This document shows, piece by piece, positions 1 through 9,217 of a DNA stretch of 64,000 nt. Numbering within the stretch: the first letter of the stretch is position 1; each line of letters starts with the position of its first letter. The stretch spans positions 9,366 to 73,365 of the forward strand of contig CAXTSB010000001.1 in assembly GCA_964246845.1 (NCBI GenBank), written 5' to 3'. The DNA comes from an uncultured Acidobacteriaceae bacterium (GTDB lineage Bacteria > Acidobacteriota > Terriglobia > Terriglobales > Acidobacteriaceae). The notes under the pieces were generated by a model. It saw only the letters and a program-made list of their open reading frames with translations. It was not told the origin of the DNA and ran no database searches. Position numbers and translations under genes: made by a program.

Positions 1-614
1 CCGAAGATGCCGACCTGACGATGAACTTGCTTGAAAAGAATTATAAGGTCGTCTACGAGGACCGGGCGCTCGCCTTTACCGAGGCTCCCGTAAACATGCG
101 CGGGCTCATGCGCCAGCGGTTCCGCTGGTCGTTCGGCATTCTCCAGGCTGTGTTCAAGCACCGGCAGGCGCTGCGCACCAACCGTGCCATGGGCCTGTTT
201 GCGCTGCCCAACATCCTGGTGTTCCAAATCCTGCTGCCGCTGGTTTCCCCGTTTATCGACCTTATGTTTCTCGCGGGCGCGGTCAGCTTTCTATGGCAGA
301 AGTTCTTTCACCCGGAAGCCGCGAGCGCGGTCAACTTTGAGAAGCTGGTGGTGTACTTCCTCACCTTCCTGGCGATCGACTTCGTCACCTCGGCGCTCGC
401 TTTCTCGCTGGAGCGCCGCCACCCCAGCAGCAAAGGCGATGCCATGCTGCTGTTCCACATCTGGCTGCAGCGGTTCACTTACCGTCAGGTGTTCTCGCTT
501 GTGTTGTTCAAAACGCTTAAGCGCGCCGTCGACGGGCGCCCGTTCAACTGGGACAAGCTGGAGCGCACCGCGACCATGTCGAAGCAGGCGGAAAGCATCG
601 CGGCGGGCGATTAA
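1..614 (+). CDS. Family 2 glycosyltransferase, C-terminal part (5' end lies outside the window)
   Basis: Frame 3 is open from nt 3 (EDADLT...). Contains QRFRW (QxxRW motif of processive GT2 synthases) followed by hydrophobic TM segments. Stop TAA at 612-614. Confidence 0.8.
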   Translation, partial: EDADLTMNLLEKNYKVVYEDRALAFTEAPVNMRGLMRQRFRWSFGILQAVFKHRQALRTNRAMGLFALPNILVFQILLPLVSPFIDLMFLAGAVSFLWQKFFHPEAASAVNFEKLVVYFLTFLAIDFVTSALAFSLERRHPSSKGDAMLLFHIWLQRFTYRQVFSLVLFKTLKRAVDGRPFNWDKLERTATMSKQAESIAAGD

Positions 615-616
615 AC

Positions 617-1501
617 GTGCGCTTTCTTTGGCTTTCCGTGCTCCTCGCAGTGCCGGCGCTTTCGCAAAGCCTCAACCCTCCGGCGCGGGCGGTGGCCCAA
701 GCCATCGGCGTGAATAACGATTTAGAGCAGCTTGCCGCCCTCGACAGAAAGGCTGATCCGATAAAGGTGCTTGCCCTTCGGCAGTCGATCACCACCCAAG
801 TCCTGCTCGCCTCCTTCGACGCGGACGAAATGCTGGGCCGCATCGATGCGGAAGCCGCGCATGCCGAGGACAGCCGCTACGTGCTCGCGACGGAGGCGGA
901 GAGGCGCGGCAACCGTTTGAATATCGCAACCTTTGTCGCCGGCGGCGCGCTTGGGGCGGCCGGTGCGGCGCTGCAGCTGTCGCCGAACCTGAACGGCCCC
1001 GGCAACTCGCTCGGCATCGCCGCGGGCGCGGCCACGGTTGCGCTTTCCGCGGCGCAGCTGCGCGCGGGCAAAAGCAAAAGCCGTAATTTCCGCTCGCCCT
1101 ACAACATGCTTGCTCAGATCCTCGGTGCCGCGCCCAACGAGACGAGCCGTTATCCACCCGCGGTCGAGGCATACCTGCAAACGCCGGAGGCCGGTGACGG
1201 CCAGCTGCCCGACAATGTTGCCCCGAACGCGTCGCTGCCGGATGTGTGGCGCAGGCTGCACCGCTTGCGGGCGGCGGGCAGCAAGGAGGGTGCGAGCATC
1301 GCAAGCCTCACCAGCGATCCTTCCGAGGGCAGGCAGCTCACGGCCGAGGAGCTGGCGGACCGCGAAGCGATGCTGCGGGATTTACACGGTGCCGTGGCGC
1401 TGATGAAGAACGAGCTGCGGGCCATTCTGCTTGCGGCGAACCGCCCGGCGGGTACGTCATCCGGCTCGGCATCCGCGCCGGCACCAGCGCCTGTGCGGTA
1501 G
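617..1501 (+). CDS. Hypothetical secreted Ala-rich protein
   Basis: GTG start 3 nt after the GT2 stop. N-terminal signal-like MRFLWLSVLLAVPALSQS. No recognisable catalytic motif. Confidence 0.6.
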   Translation: MRFLWLSVLLAVPALSQSLNPPARAVAQAIGVNNDLEQLAALDRKADPIKVLALRQSITTQVLLASFDADEMLGRIDAEAAHAEDSRYVLATEAERRGNRLNIATFVAGGALGAAGAALQLSPNLNGPGNSLGIAAGAATVALSAAQLRAGKSKSRNFRSPYNMLAQILGAAPNETSRYPPAVEAYLQTPEAGDGQLPDNVAPNASLPDVWRRLHRLRAAGSKEGASIASLTSDPSEGRQLTAEELADREAMLRDLHGAVALMKNELRAILLAANRPAGTSSGSASAPAPAPVR

Positions 1502-1510
1502 GCTTGCGGG

Positions 1511-3172
1511 ATGGTCGGTCTTCCGCTCGCCGTTTTCCTGCTCGCTCTGCTTCCATCCGGACCCGGGCAAGCGCAGCCTGCCCCGCTGGCCAAGCCTGAT
1601 CCCGCGGCGGCCCGTTTGCGCGGCGCGTACGGCCCGTTTCGCGCGAACAACGACCTCCTCTCCTACAAGCTGCACGTGCGGGTTGACCCATCCGCCGGGA
1701 CCATTCAGGGCGACAACCAAATCCGCTTCCGCATGCTCGCTCCGGGCCGCCGCGTGCAGGTCGACCTTTACCCCAACCTCCAAGTCGACAAGATCGCGAT
1801 GGGCGGCGCGGAGCTCCACTACACGCGCGAGCTCGGGGCGGTGTATGTGGATTTTCCCGAGGAGCTCCAAGCCGGCACCGAGTACACCATCGACTTCTTT
1901 TACTCCGGGCATCTGGAGGCGGTCGGCAGGTTCGGCGGCATGACCTTCGGCAAGGACCCGTCCGGCAATCCATGGATCGTGACCTCGTGCGAGGACGACG
2001 GCTCCAGCATCTGGTGGCCGTCCAAGGACCAATGGCGCGACGAACCGGACGACGGCATTGAGCTCTCGATTGAGGTGCCGGCCGGGCTTACCGATGTGTC
2101 GAACGGCAAGTTCGCCGCGAAAACCGACCTGCCCGGAGGCTGGACGCGTTGGGACTGGGCTGTGCATTACCCGATCAACAGCTACGACGTGGCCCTCAAC
2201 ATCGGCAAGTACGCGCACTGGTCCGACACGTACTCCGGCGTGCCGGTCGACTTTTACGCACTGCCTGAGAATCTCGAAAAAGCCAAAACACAGTTCGCGC
2301 AGGCAAAGGGCATGCTGGACGCGTTTCAGCACTACCTCGGCGAGTACCCTTTCATCCGCGACGGCTATAAGTTGATCGAGGTGCCGTACACCGGTATGGA
2401 GCACCAAAGCGCGGTCGCCTACGGCAATCACTACGCCAACGGCTACTACGGGCGCGACTGGACCGGAGTCGGCATCAGCCCCAAGTTCGACTTCATCATC
2501 ATTCACGAAAGCGGGCACGAGTGGTTCGGCAACGCCATCTCGGCGCGCGACGTGTCGGATATGTGGATTCACGAAGGCTGGGACACCTATGCCGAAAGCC
2601 TGTATGTCGAGTACCTGTACGGCAAGGCCGACGCGATCCGCTATGTCAACGGCTTCAAGCCCAAGGTGAAGGACAAAGCGCCCATCCTGACCGAGCGCGG
2701 GATCAATGCGATGCCTACTGAGGACCAATACTTCAAGGGCGCGCTGTTCCTTGCGACGCTCCGCAGCGTGGTGGATGACGACCAGAAATGGTTCGCGCTT
2801 GTCCACGACTACTATCAGCGGTTCAAATACAAAACCATCCTGACCGAGGACGTGGTCGCGTTCTTCAACCGGCAAAGCGGCATGGACTTGACGCCGGAGT
2901 TCGACCAGTACCTGCGTCATACAGCCATTCCAATGCTGCAGCTCCGGTTCGAGCCGGGCCGCGTGTCGTACCGCTGGAAGGTCGACGTGGACCCGTTCCG
3001 GATGCCGGTGAAAGTCGGCGACCCGGCGCACCGGCAAACAATCACGCCGACGACCGACTGGCAGGTCATGCCGTGGGCCGGCACGCCGGAGCAGTTCGGG
3101 GTGGCGACGGAGCTGTTTTATATCGATGTGGACCGGGGTGCGGCGCCGACGCAAACTACCGCGGCGAAGTAG
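1511..3172 (+). CDS. M1-family zinc metallopeptidase (aminopeptidase N-like), secreted
   Basis: HESGHEWFGN followed by WIHEG gives HExxH-X18-E, the gluzincin M1 signature. N-terminal signal-like hydrophobic segment. Confidence 0.85.
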   Translation: MVGLPLAVFLLALLPSGPGQAQPAPLAKPDPAAARLRGAYGPFRANNDLLSYKLHVRVDPSAGTIQGDNQIRFRMLAPGRRVQVDLYPNLQVDKIAMGGAELHYTRELGAVYVDFPEELQAGTEYTIDFFYSGHLEAVGRFGGMTFGKDPSGNPWIVTSCEDDGSSIWWPSKDQWRDEPDDGIELSIEVPAGLTDVSNGKFAAKTDLPGGWTRWDWAVHYPINSYDVALNIGKYAHWSDTYSGVPVDFYALPENLEKAKTQFAQAKGMLDAFQHYLGEYPFIRDGYKLIEVPYTGMEHQSAVAYGNHYANGYYGRDWTGVGISPKFDFIIIHESGHEWFGNAISARDVSDMWIHEGWDTYAESLYVEYLYGKADAIRYVNGFKPKVKDKAPILTERGINAMPTEDQYFKGALFLATLRSVVDDDQKWFALVHDYYQRFKYKTILTEDVVAFFNRQSGMDLTPEFDQYLRHTAIPMLQLRFEPGRVSYRWKVDVDPFRMPVKVGDPAHRQTITPTTDWQVMPWAGTPEQFGVATELFYIDVDRGAAPTQTTAAK

Positions 3173-3176
3173 CGGC

Positions 3177-3737
3177 TTATCCGGAACTCGGCTCCGATGC
3201 TCCGGCGAGCCATGTCCGGAGGCCGAACGCGAGGCTGGACCGTGACTGCTCCACGCTCAGGACGCCAGCCTCATGCAGGACGGCCAATCCATGGAGAAAC
3301 GCCCAAAGCGCATGCGAGGCCTCCAGGACGGCTTCGGTGCTGTAAACGCGCGCGACATGCTCAAGGAAGAACTCGGTATTGCGCGCGCACTGCGGCGTTT
3401 TCACGCCGGACCCGGAGGTATGCATATACAGGGCGTACACACGCGGCCGTTCCCGCGCGAACCGGAGATACGTTTCCGAGATGGCCTGGATGGCATCCGC
3501 AGGCTCTTTTCGGCCGGCGGCTTGCTCCATCGCGCACAGCACTTGGCGGCGAGCCTCCTCCGCCAAGGCGGCCTGTAGCTCCGCAAGACTGCCGAAATAG
3601 CGGTAAAGTGCGTTGGGCGCAAGCCCGAGCTTTGCCGCCACGGACCGAATCGCGACATGCTCAAGGCCGCCCTGCTCCACCTCCTCAAGCGCCGCCGTGA
3701 GTATCCCGGCTTGGCTGGTTTTTGCGGGATAGGCCAT
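3177..3737 (-). CDS. TetR/AcrR family transcriptional regulator
   Basis: N-terminal HTH region GLEHVAIRSVAAKLGLAPNALYRYFGS. Start placed at MAYPAKT (CAT at 3735-3737); the longer ORF reaching 3869 would overlap the divergent SDR start (3829) and is not supported. Confidence 0.85.
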   Translation of the reverse strand: MAYPAKTSQAGILTAALEEVEQGGLEHVAIRSVAAKLGLAPNALYRYFGSLAELQAALAEEARRQVLCAMEQAAGRKEPADAIQAISETYLRFARERPRVYALYMHTSGSGVKTPQCARNTEFFLEHVARVYSTEAVLEASHALWAFLHGLAVLHEAGVLSVEQSRSSLAFGLRTWLAGASEPSSG

Positions 3738-3746
3738 GAATGCAAC

Positions 3747-3797
3747 TGTACAGAGAGTTCTGCACAAAGCGCTTACCTGATAGGTGTACACTGTACA
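3747..3797. promoter_or_regulatory. Candidate TetR operator region: three palindromic TGTACA hexamers in the divergent TetR/SDR intergenic
   Basis: TGTACA at 3747-3752, 3785-3790 and 3792-3797 (the last two form TGTACACTGTACA), between divergent starts at 3737 and 3829. Confidence 0.4.
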
Positions 3798-3828
3798 TCT
3801 AAGGGCGAGAACCCTTACTGGAGGTCCT

Positions 3829-4557
3829 ATGGCGGAAGTGGTTTTAATCACGGGAGCAAATAAGGGCATTGGCTTCGAGGTGGCGCGTCAGCTGGGGCAT
3901 GCGGGCTTTACGGTGCTGCTGGGAGCACGCGATGCTTCGCGGGGAGAACAAGCCGCGGCCAAGCTGCGTGCGGAAGGCTCGGATGTCCGCGCCGTCGAGG
4001 CGGACCTCAACCGCGCCACCGAAAGCGGCGCGGCGCTCGCCGGGCAAATTAACGAGGAGTTCGGGCATCTGGACGTGCTGATCAACAATGCAGCCATTTT
4101 CATACAGCAGAAAGACGGGCATGCCAGTGACGTTGATATTGAAATACTGCGGCAAACATTTGAAACGAACTTTTTCGGAACGGTCGCGTTCACGCAGCCG
4201 CTGTTACCCCTTCTGCGCGCGGCCGAGCACGCGCGGATCGTGAACGTGTCGAGTGGGCTGGGCTCGCTCGACATCAACAGTGATCCCGGCTCGCCGTTCT
4301 ATCATGCGAAATCTCTTGCGTATAACGCGTCTAAGGCGGCACTGAATATGTTTACAGTGGGCTTGGCGTATGACCTGCGCGACACCAAGATCAGGATCAA
4401 CTCTGCTTGCCCCGGCTACACCGCAACTGATCTAAACAACCACAGCGGGCCGCAAACGGTTGAGGAAGGCGCGGTCGCCATCGTGCGGCTTGCACAGCTG
4501 CCCGAGGACGGGCCGACCGGCAGTTTTATACATAAGGACGGAACTTATTCCTGGTAG
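3829..4557 (+). CDS. Short-chain dehydrogenase/reductase (SDR) family oxidoreductase
   Basis: MAEVVLITGANKGIGFEVARQL (TGxxxGIG Rossmann motif), NNAA, and YNASK (YxxxK catalytic motif). GGAGG RBS at 3820-3824. Confidence 0.9.
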   Translation: MAEVVLITGANKGIGFEVARQLGHAGFTVLLGARDASRGEQAAAKLRAEGSDVRAVEADLNRATESGAALAGQINEEFGHLDVLINNAAIFIQQKDGHASDVDIEILRQTFETNFFGTVAFTQPLLPLLRAAEHARIVNVSSGLGSLDINSDPGSPFYHAKSLAYNASKAALNMFTVGLAYDLRDTKIRINSACPGYTATDLNNHSGPQTVEEGAVAIVRLAQLPEDGPTGSFIHKDGTYSW

Positions 4558-4674
4558 TCGAGGCAGGCAGCGCGTGTTCCTTCGAAAAACTTCTTAGCTG
4601 GAATGCAATACATTCCCTTGGAGGCAGCCGGTTTTGGAAGAAAAGCGGGTGCGGCGACGGCAGGAGTTGTAGAG

Positions 4675-5361
4675 TCAGGCTGCATGCTGCGGTACGGGCG
4701 CATTGAACTTGCGCTGGTAGTAGGCGGTCGTGGCGATAATCGCAGGCACGCCGACCAGCGTAGGCCAAAGCCATAGGAGCACATGCTGCCCGGCAATCGC
4801 GGCGATCGCCGTGACGCTGAATGCCGACCACGCGGCGATATAGCTGCCGATGAAGTTGCCCAGGTGCGTGTACCACCAGAACAGCTTCTCCTTGGGCTTG
4901 CGGACGAAGCTGCGCATCTCCACGAATGCGAGCCGCATGCCGATCAGGCCGAAGATCACGGGCACGATGCGCGGCATGTGCATGATGTCCGGCCGGAACC
5001 AACCCAGGCCGGCGAGCAGCGCGCTTGTAGCGAAGGTAAGCACGCCGGCAAACCAGTCGATCGGCTTCGCGCTCCCGCCGCGTGCGAGACCCTTGAGCTT
5101 GAGCACGCGCCAACCGGAAAACGCGGCGTAAAAGCTGAACACCGCGACCAGCGCTAGAAAGAGCACCGGCCGGAACAGGGCCATGGGGAATGCCGTCGCC
5201 GCCACCAGCCCCATGGACCACAGATACACCATGCCCCAGCGCTTGTGCTGCTTGCCGCCCTTCGCGGTCACCAGCGCGACCGGAGCCAGCAGGAAGCTCC
5301 CAAAGCCCGCGGCGGTGTGGACGGCGAGCAGCCCGCGCATCCAGACTGGGTCGTGCGTCAT
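4675..5361 (-). CDS. Integral membrane protein, unknown function
   Basis: Several long hydrophobic segments. Start placed at MTHDPVW (CAT at 5359-5361). Confidence 0.6.
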   Translation of the reverse strand: MTHDPVWMRGLLAVHTAAGFGSFLLAPVALVTAKGGKQHKRWGMVYLWSMGLVAATAFPMALFRPVLFLALVAVFSFYAAFSGWRVLKLKGLARGGSAKPIDWFAGVLTFATSALLAGLGWFRPDIMHMPRIVPVIFGLIGMRLAFVEMRSFVRKPKEKLFWWYTHLGNFIGSYIAAWSAFSVTAIAAIAGQHVLLWLWPTLVGVPAIIATTAYYQRKFNAPVPQHAA

Positions 5362-5609
5362 GCTCGCCTCCCCGCTGTATGCAGCCAGTGTGCCGGAAGT
5401 CCCATGCGTACGCAAGATCACGAATGACGAAGCGGCAAGCGTGCTGCGCCGTTCCACCACTCTGTGAAGCTTGCATCATCCTGGATGAACTTTGTATAGA
5501 TTGCCGTCATGACGCCGCGTTGGGCGTCGTTGAGCAGGTCACCTACTAAGCAGTATGCTATTGGAACAAAGCGCAGCCGAGTGGTATCTGTAAAAGTGAG
5601 AGTGCACCT

Positions 5610-6191
5610 ATGGGCAAGCCGGCGAAATCCGAACGGGTGAAGGAGAAGTCGGTCATGGCAGCTTTGGCCGGGATCCTACTGTTGAACTCTGCTGCAGCAC
5701 TTAGTCAACCCGTGGATCAGTGCAAAACCTTCGGTACACCACAAGTCAGTCCTCTTATAAGCTTAGAAATCGACACAACCAGTTCTCTTTACCGGAGAGG
5801 CCGTAGGATTCATGTGACCCTTAGGCTGAAATCCGGGTCTAACGGCGTGTACTTACCGAACTTTTTCGGAGACTTTCAGAGAACATGCAACTACGGCTTT
5901 ACTGCGGAGATTCTGACAAAAGAGGGCAAAACGGCTGGTGCAAATGCAGCAGGCTGCGGTTACGCCGGCCCACCACCTGAAGTCGCTTACTTGAAACTGA
6001 ATACGGGAGAAATCCGTACTTGGACCATCGACTTGTCAACGAAATCGATTGCCCCCGGGAATTACTGTTTATATGCGGAATACTTAAGTCCTGAACATCT
6101 GATCAGCACTGGCGCAACCTTACCAGAGGACGAAGCGCTGGTTGCCAAGGGTCACATAACCGCCGCGCCGTTAAGCATCCAAGTCCGCTGA
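5610..6191 (+). CDS. Hypothetical secreted protein (lower-GC orphan)
   Basis: Signal-like MAALAGILLLNSAAALSQ (alternative start at 5655). Visibly lower GC than the flanks. No recognised motif. Confidence 0.55.
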   Translation: MGKPAKSERVKEKSVMAALAGILLLNSAAALSQPVDQCKTFGTPQVSPLISLEIDTTSSLYRRGRRIHVTLRLKSGSNGVYLPNFFGDFQRTCNYGFTAEILTKEGKTAGANAAGCGYAGPPPEVAYLKLNTGEIRTWTIDLSTKSIAPGNYCLYAEYLSPEHLISTGATLPEDEALVAKGHITAAPLSIQVR

Positions 6192-6506
6192 CCAAAATTT
6201 TGCTGGAATGTCCGGTCAAACTGTCTCAGGCGATACGGTCGAAATTGCTGCCGTTCAGTCGCATTCTCAGGAGCTTCTGAACGAACGTGAGTTTTATTAG
6301 GGTCGTGGCGGCTACGCTTGTCCAGCGGGAGCAAAGCTGATGCTTACGCAGCTAAGAACTGGATTCTTGAATCCGTTTTGCCGTTTTGGAGCCTTGCAGC
6401 GGTCCATTAAGTAGCCACGAAGCCATACACAGCTTTGCAGCCTGCCCGGCGCTACACTATTCCCATGGCCATCGCAGCCGCTCTCACGACCCAAATCCAG
6501 ACCCGG

Positions 6507-8057
6507 ATGCCGCAAGGTGTCTTCCAGAACGAGCCCTTTACCGACTTCTCCCACGGCCGCCATGCGCACGAGATGGAAGAAGCGCTCGCGCTGGTGGCCG
6601 GGCAGCTCGGGCGCGCGTATCCGCTCGTGATCGGCGGGGAGCGCTTCAAAACGGGCGCGACTTTCGAGTCGCGCAATCCCGCGCGGCCGGCCGAGGTCAT
6701 CGGCGTCCCCCCGACGGCGGGCGCGGCGGAGGTCGACCGTGCTGTCCAGGCGGCCCGCCAAGCGTTCGAGGGTTGGCGGTTCGCGCCGCTGGAAGAGCGG
6801 GTTTCGCTCCTCACGGGCGCGGCCGCGCTCATCCGCGAGCGCAAATTTGAGTTCTGCGCCTGGCTCACCTATGAGGTCGGCAAGAACTGGGCCGAGGCGG
6901 ACGCCGATGTCGCCGAGTGCATCGATTTCCTGGACTTTTACGCGCGGGAGGCGGTTCGGCTGGCCGGCGCGGAAACACCGATCCAACTGCCGGGGGAGCA
7001 TGACGAGCTCCAGTACATCCCGCTCGGGGTCGGCGCGGTGATCCCGCCGTGGAATTTCCCGCTTGCGATCGCCATGGGCATGACCGCGGCGGCTATTGTG
7101 ACGGGCAACACCGTTGTGCTGAAGCCCTCGCCGGAAGCGCCGACTATCGCGGCAAAGTTCGTGGACGTGCTGGAAGAAGCGGGGATGCCGCCGGGGGTGG
7201 TGAATCTCCTGCAAGGCGATGCCGTCCCGGGCAACGCGCTGGTCGAGCACCCGCAAGTGCGTTTTATCGCCTTTACCGGCTCGCGCGCCGTGGGCTTGGA
7301 GATCAACGAGAAAGCAGCCAAGCCGCGCCCCGGGCAGATTTGGATCAAGCGCGCCATCCTCGAGCTGGGCGGCAAGGATGCGATCGTGGTGACGGCGGAC
7401 GCAGACGTGGACGAGGCGGTCGAGGGCGTGCTGGCGGCGGCGTTCGGCTATGGCGGGCAAAAATGCTCGGCGGGCTCGCGCGCGATCGTGGAGGATCCGA
7501 TCTATGACGTGTTCCTCGACAAGATTCGGGAAGGTGTCGAGGCGATCAGCGTCCGCGATCCCAAGACCAACCCGCGCATGGGCCCGGTGATCAACGAGGC
7601 CGCGCGCACGCGTGTGCTGGGCTACATCGCCAAGAGCGAGGGCCGCTTAATCGCGGGCGGCAAGGCGATCGACACGCCAGAAGGCGGCTACTACGTCGAG
7701 CCTACCGTGTTTGCCGATGTTTCCCCCGATGCGGCGATCGCGCAGGAGGAGATCTTCGGGCCGGTGCTCGCCATCCTGCGGGTCAAAAACTTTTCAGAAG
7801 CCATGGACGTGGCCAACGGTACGCAGTTCGGGCTCACGGGTGCCGTGTACGCGGGCGCGCCTGAAACGCTCAACCGGGCCAAGCGCGAGTTCCACGTCGG
7901 CAACCTGTACCTGAACCGCAAGTGCACGGGCGCGATGGTCGGGGCGCACCCGTTCGGCGGCTTCAACATGTCGGGCACCGACTCCAAGGCGGGCGGCCCG
8001 GACTACCTCCTGCACTTCACGCAGGGCAAATCAATCGCCGAACGGCTGCGCCGCTGA
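6507..8057 (+). CDS. pruA: L-glutamate gamma-semialdehyde (1-pyrroline-5-carboxylate) dehydrogenase, aldehyde dehydrogenase superfamily
   Basis: ALDH motifs ELGGKDA and FGYGGQKCSAGSR. The N-terminus MPQGVFQNEPFTDF resembles single-domain P5CDH N-termini (from memory). Upstream in-frame ATGs at 6435 and 6465 are alternative starts. Confidence 0.85.
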   Translation: MPQGVFQNEPFTDFSHGRHAHEMEEALALVAGQLGRAYPLVIGGERFKTGATFESRNPARPAEVIGVPPTAGAAEVDRAVQAARQAFEGWRFAPLEERVSLLTGAAALIRERKFEFCAWLTYEVGKNWAEADADVAECIDFLDFYAREAVRLAGAETPIQLPGEHDELQYIPLGVGAVIPPWNFPLAIAMGMTAAAIVTGNTVVLKPSPEAPTIAAKFVDVLEEAGMPPGVVNLLQGDAVPGNALVEHPQVRFIAFTGSRAVGLEINEKAAKPRPGQIWIKRAILELGGKDAIVVTADADVDEAVEGVLAAAFGYGGQKCSAGSRAIVEDPIYDVFLDKIREGVEAISVRDPKTNPRMGPVINEAARTRVLGYIAKSEGRLIAGGKAIDTPEGGYYVEPTVFADVSPDAAIAQEEIFGPVLAILRVKNFSEAMDVANGTQFGLTGAVYAGAPETLNRAKREFHVGNLYLNRKCTGAMVGAHPFGGFNMSGTDSKAGGPDYLLHFTQGKSIAERLRR

Positions 8058-8147
8058 CCGGAAGCCCAACACGGGGTACGTGCTGATGCGAGCTTGACCG
8101 CCGCCATGTGTTTCGGGGGAGGGTAGCCAAGCTCGCACCGGCGCGCC

Positions 8148-8810
8148 CTAGTGAGCGTGCAATGCCAAGTTGTTCACCGACGCCGCGGCATCGGCCAGGA
8201 TCCTGTGATGGATCGTGAACAGGGCCAGTTCCAGCCTATCGGAGACTCCGGTTTTGTCATACACCCCGCGCAGGTAGTTCTTAATCACCTGCTCGGTGGT
8301 GCCGAGCCGGAGGGCGATCTCCTTGTTTTTGCAGCCTTGTACGATGAGCGCGACGATTTTCATCTCCTTGGGAGTGAGCCGGTCGCGTACCCGTGCGCCG
8401 ACCACATCTTCCTCCGGCAAGGCTGTCGGCGCGAGGTGCGCGGAGTGGATCGCCCGCTCGCCGCGTCCCACCCGCCGGACGCAGTCCACCAGCGTGGAGC
8501 CGGTAATGGAACGGAATATCAGGCCATGTACGTGGGCGTTGAGATAGGGCTGCTGGCCTTCGTTATTTTCGAGGATGGCGATGCCCCGGCTGCCCGCCGC
8601 GCTGATCTGGTGCATCAGCTGCGCCGGGTCGAGCTTCAGTGTGGAGCCGAACAGGACGGTGGCGCCCCGAAAGGTGGCCAGCGCGCTTTGCAGCCGGTCG
8701 GCATCGGGGCATTGGGCGATGATGCGGAAGTCGTCTTCCATGGAAAGCACCTTGGCCGTACCGGTGCGGAAGATGGCCTGGTTGTCGGCGAGAATGACCT
8801 TATTCATCAT
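8148..8810 (-). CDS. LuxR/NarL-type DNA-binding regulator with degenerate receiver-like N-domain
   Basis: C-terminal LuxR HTH LTPKEMKIVALIVQGCKNKEIALRLGTTEQVIKNYLRGVYDKTGVSDRLELALF. The N-domain aligns with a receiver but lacks the acceptor Asp. Confidence 0.85.
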   Translation of the reverse strand: MMNKVILADNQAIFRTGTAKVLSMEDDFRIIAQCPDADRLQSALATFRGATVLFGSTLKLDPAQLMHQISAAGSRGIAILENNEGQQPYLNAHVHGLIFRSITGSTLVDCVRRVGRGERAIHSAHLAPTALPEEDVVGARVRDRLTPKEMKIVALIVQGCKNKEIALRLGTTEQVIKNYLRGVYDKTGVSDRLELALFTIHHRILADAAASVNNLALHAH

Positions 8811-9217
8811 GCGAAGATCCTTGTGGCCTGGGGGCTCGTGGGTTCCGCTCCGACTTCCTTTTGAACAGAGGCTCGGACGGGATCAACGGGTGCCTTCGCG
8901 TTCATGCTACGCAGGAATCGCGAAAGACGCACAGAATCTGAGGGAGAAGTGTTTCAATTTGGAACAGAGTACACCCCGAAGGTAATTGCTGTTTCGATTT
9001 TGCGCTAGTGCGGCATTTCCATTTGTGCTTGTTGTGTGAGAAGAGTACCGCAAATTCACAGCAATGCAAGAACTTTTTTCATGGTTCCCGCGCGTACAAC
9101 CTTCGTGGAATTACTATTTTGGAGGCAGCTCGGCTGATTAGCGTAAAAATTACGCATATTGTGGCAGGTATGTGAAACCAGCCTCGGCCCCCGCGCGAGG
9201 CATACAATCAAAAGGCC

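Noticed and set aside
1457-3154. 565-aa ORF on the minus strand
   Set aside because: It lies antisense to the M1 peptidase, which carries a clear HExxH-X18-E signature. Its translation is Arg/Ala/Pro/Gly-rich with no motifs. This is a typical shadow ORF of high-GC DNA.
8087-8137. Inverted repeat TGCGAGCTTG...CAAGCTCGCA between convergent pruA and the LuxR gene, considered as a terminator
   Set aside because: The 10-bp arms are separated by a 31-nt loop with no U-run. That is too weak to annotate as a terminator.
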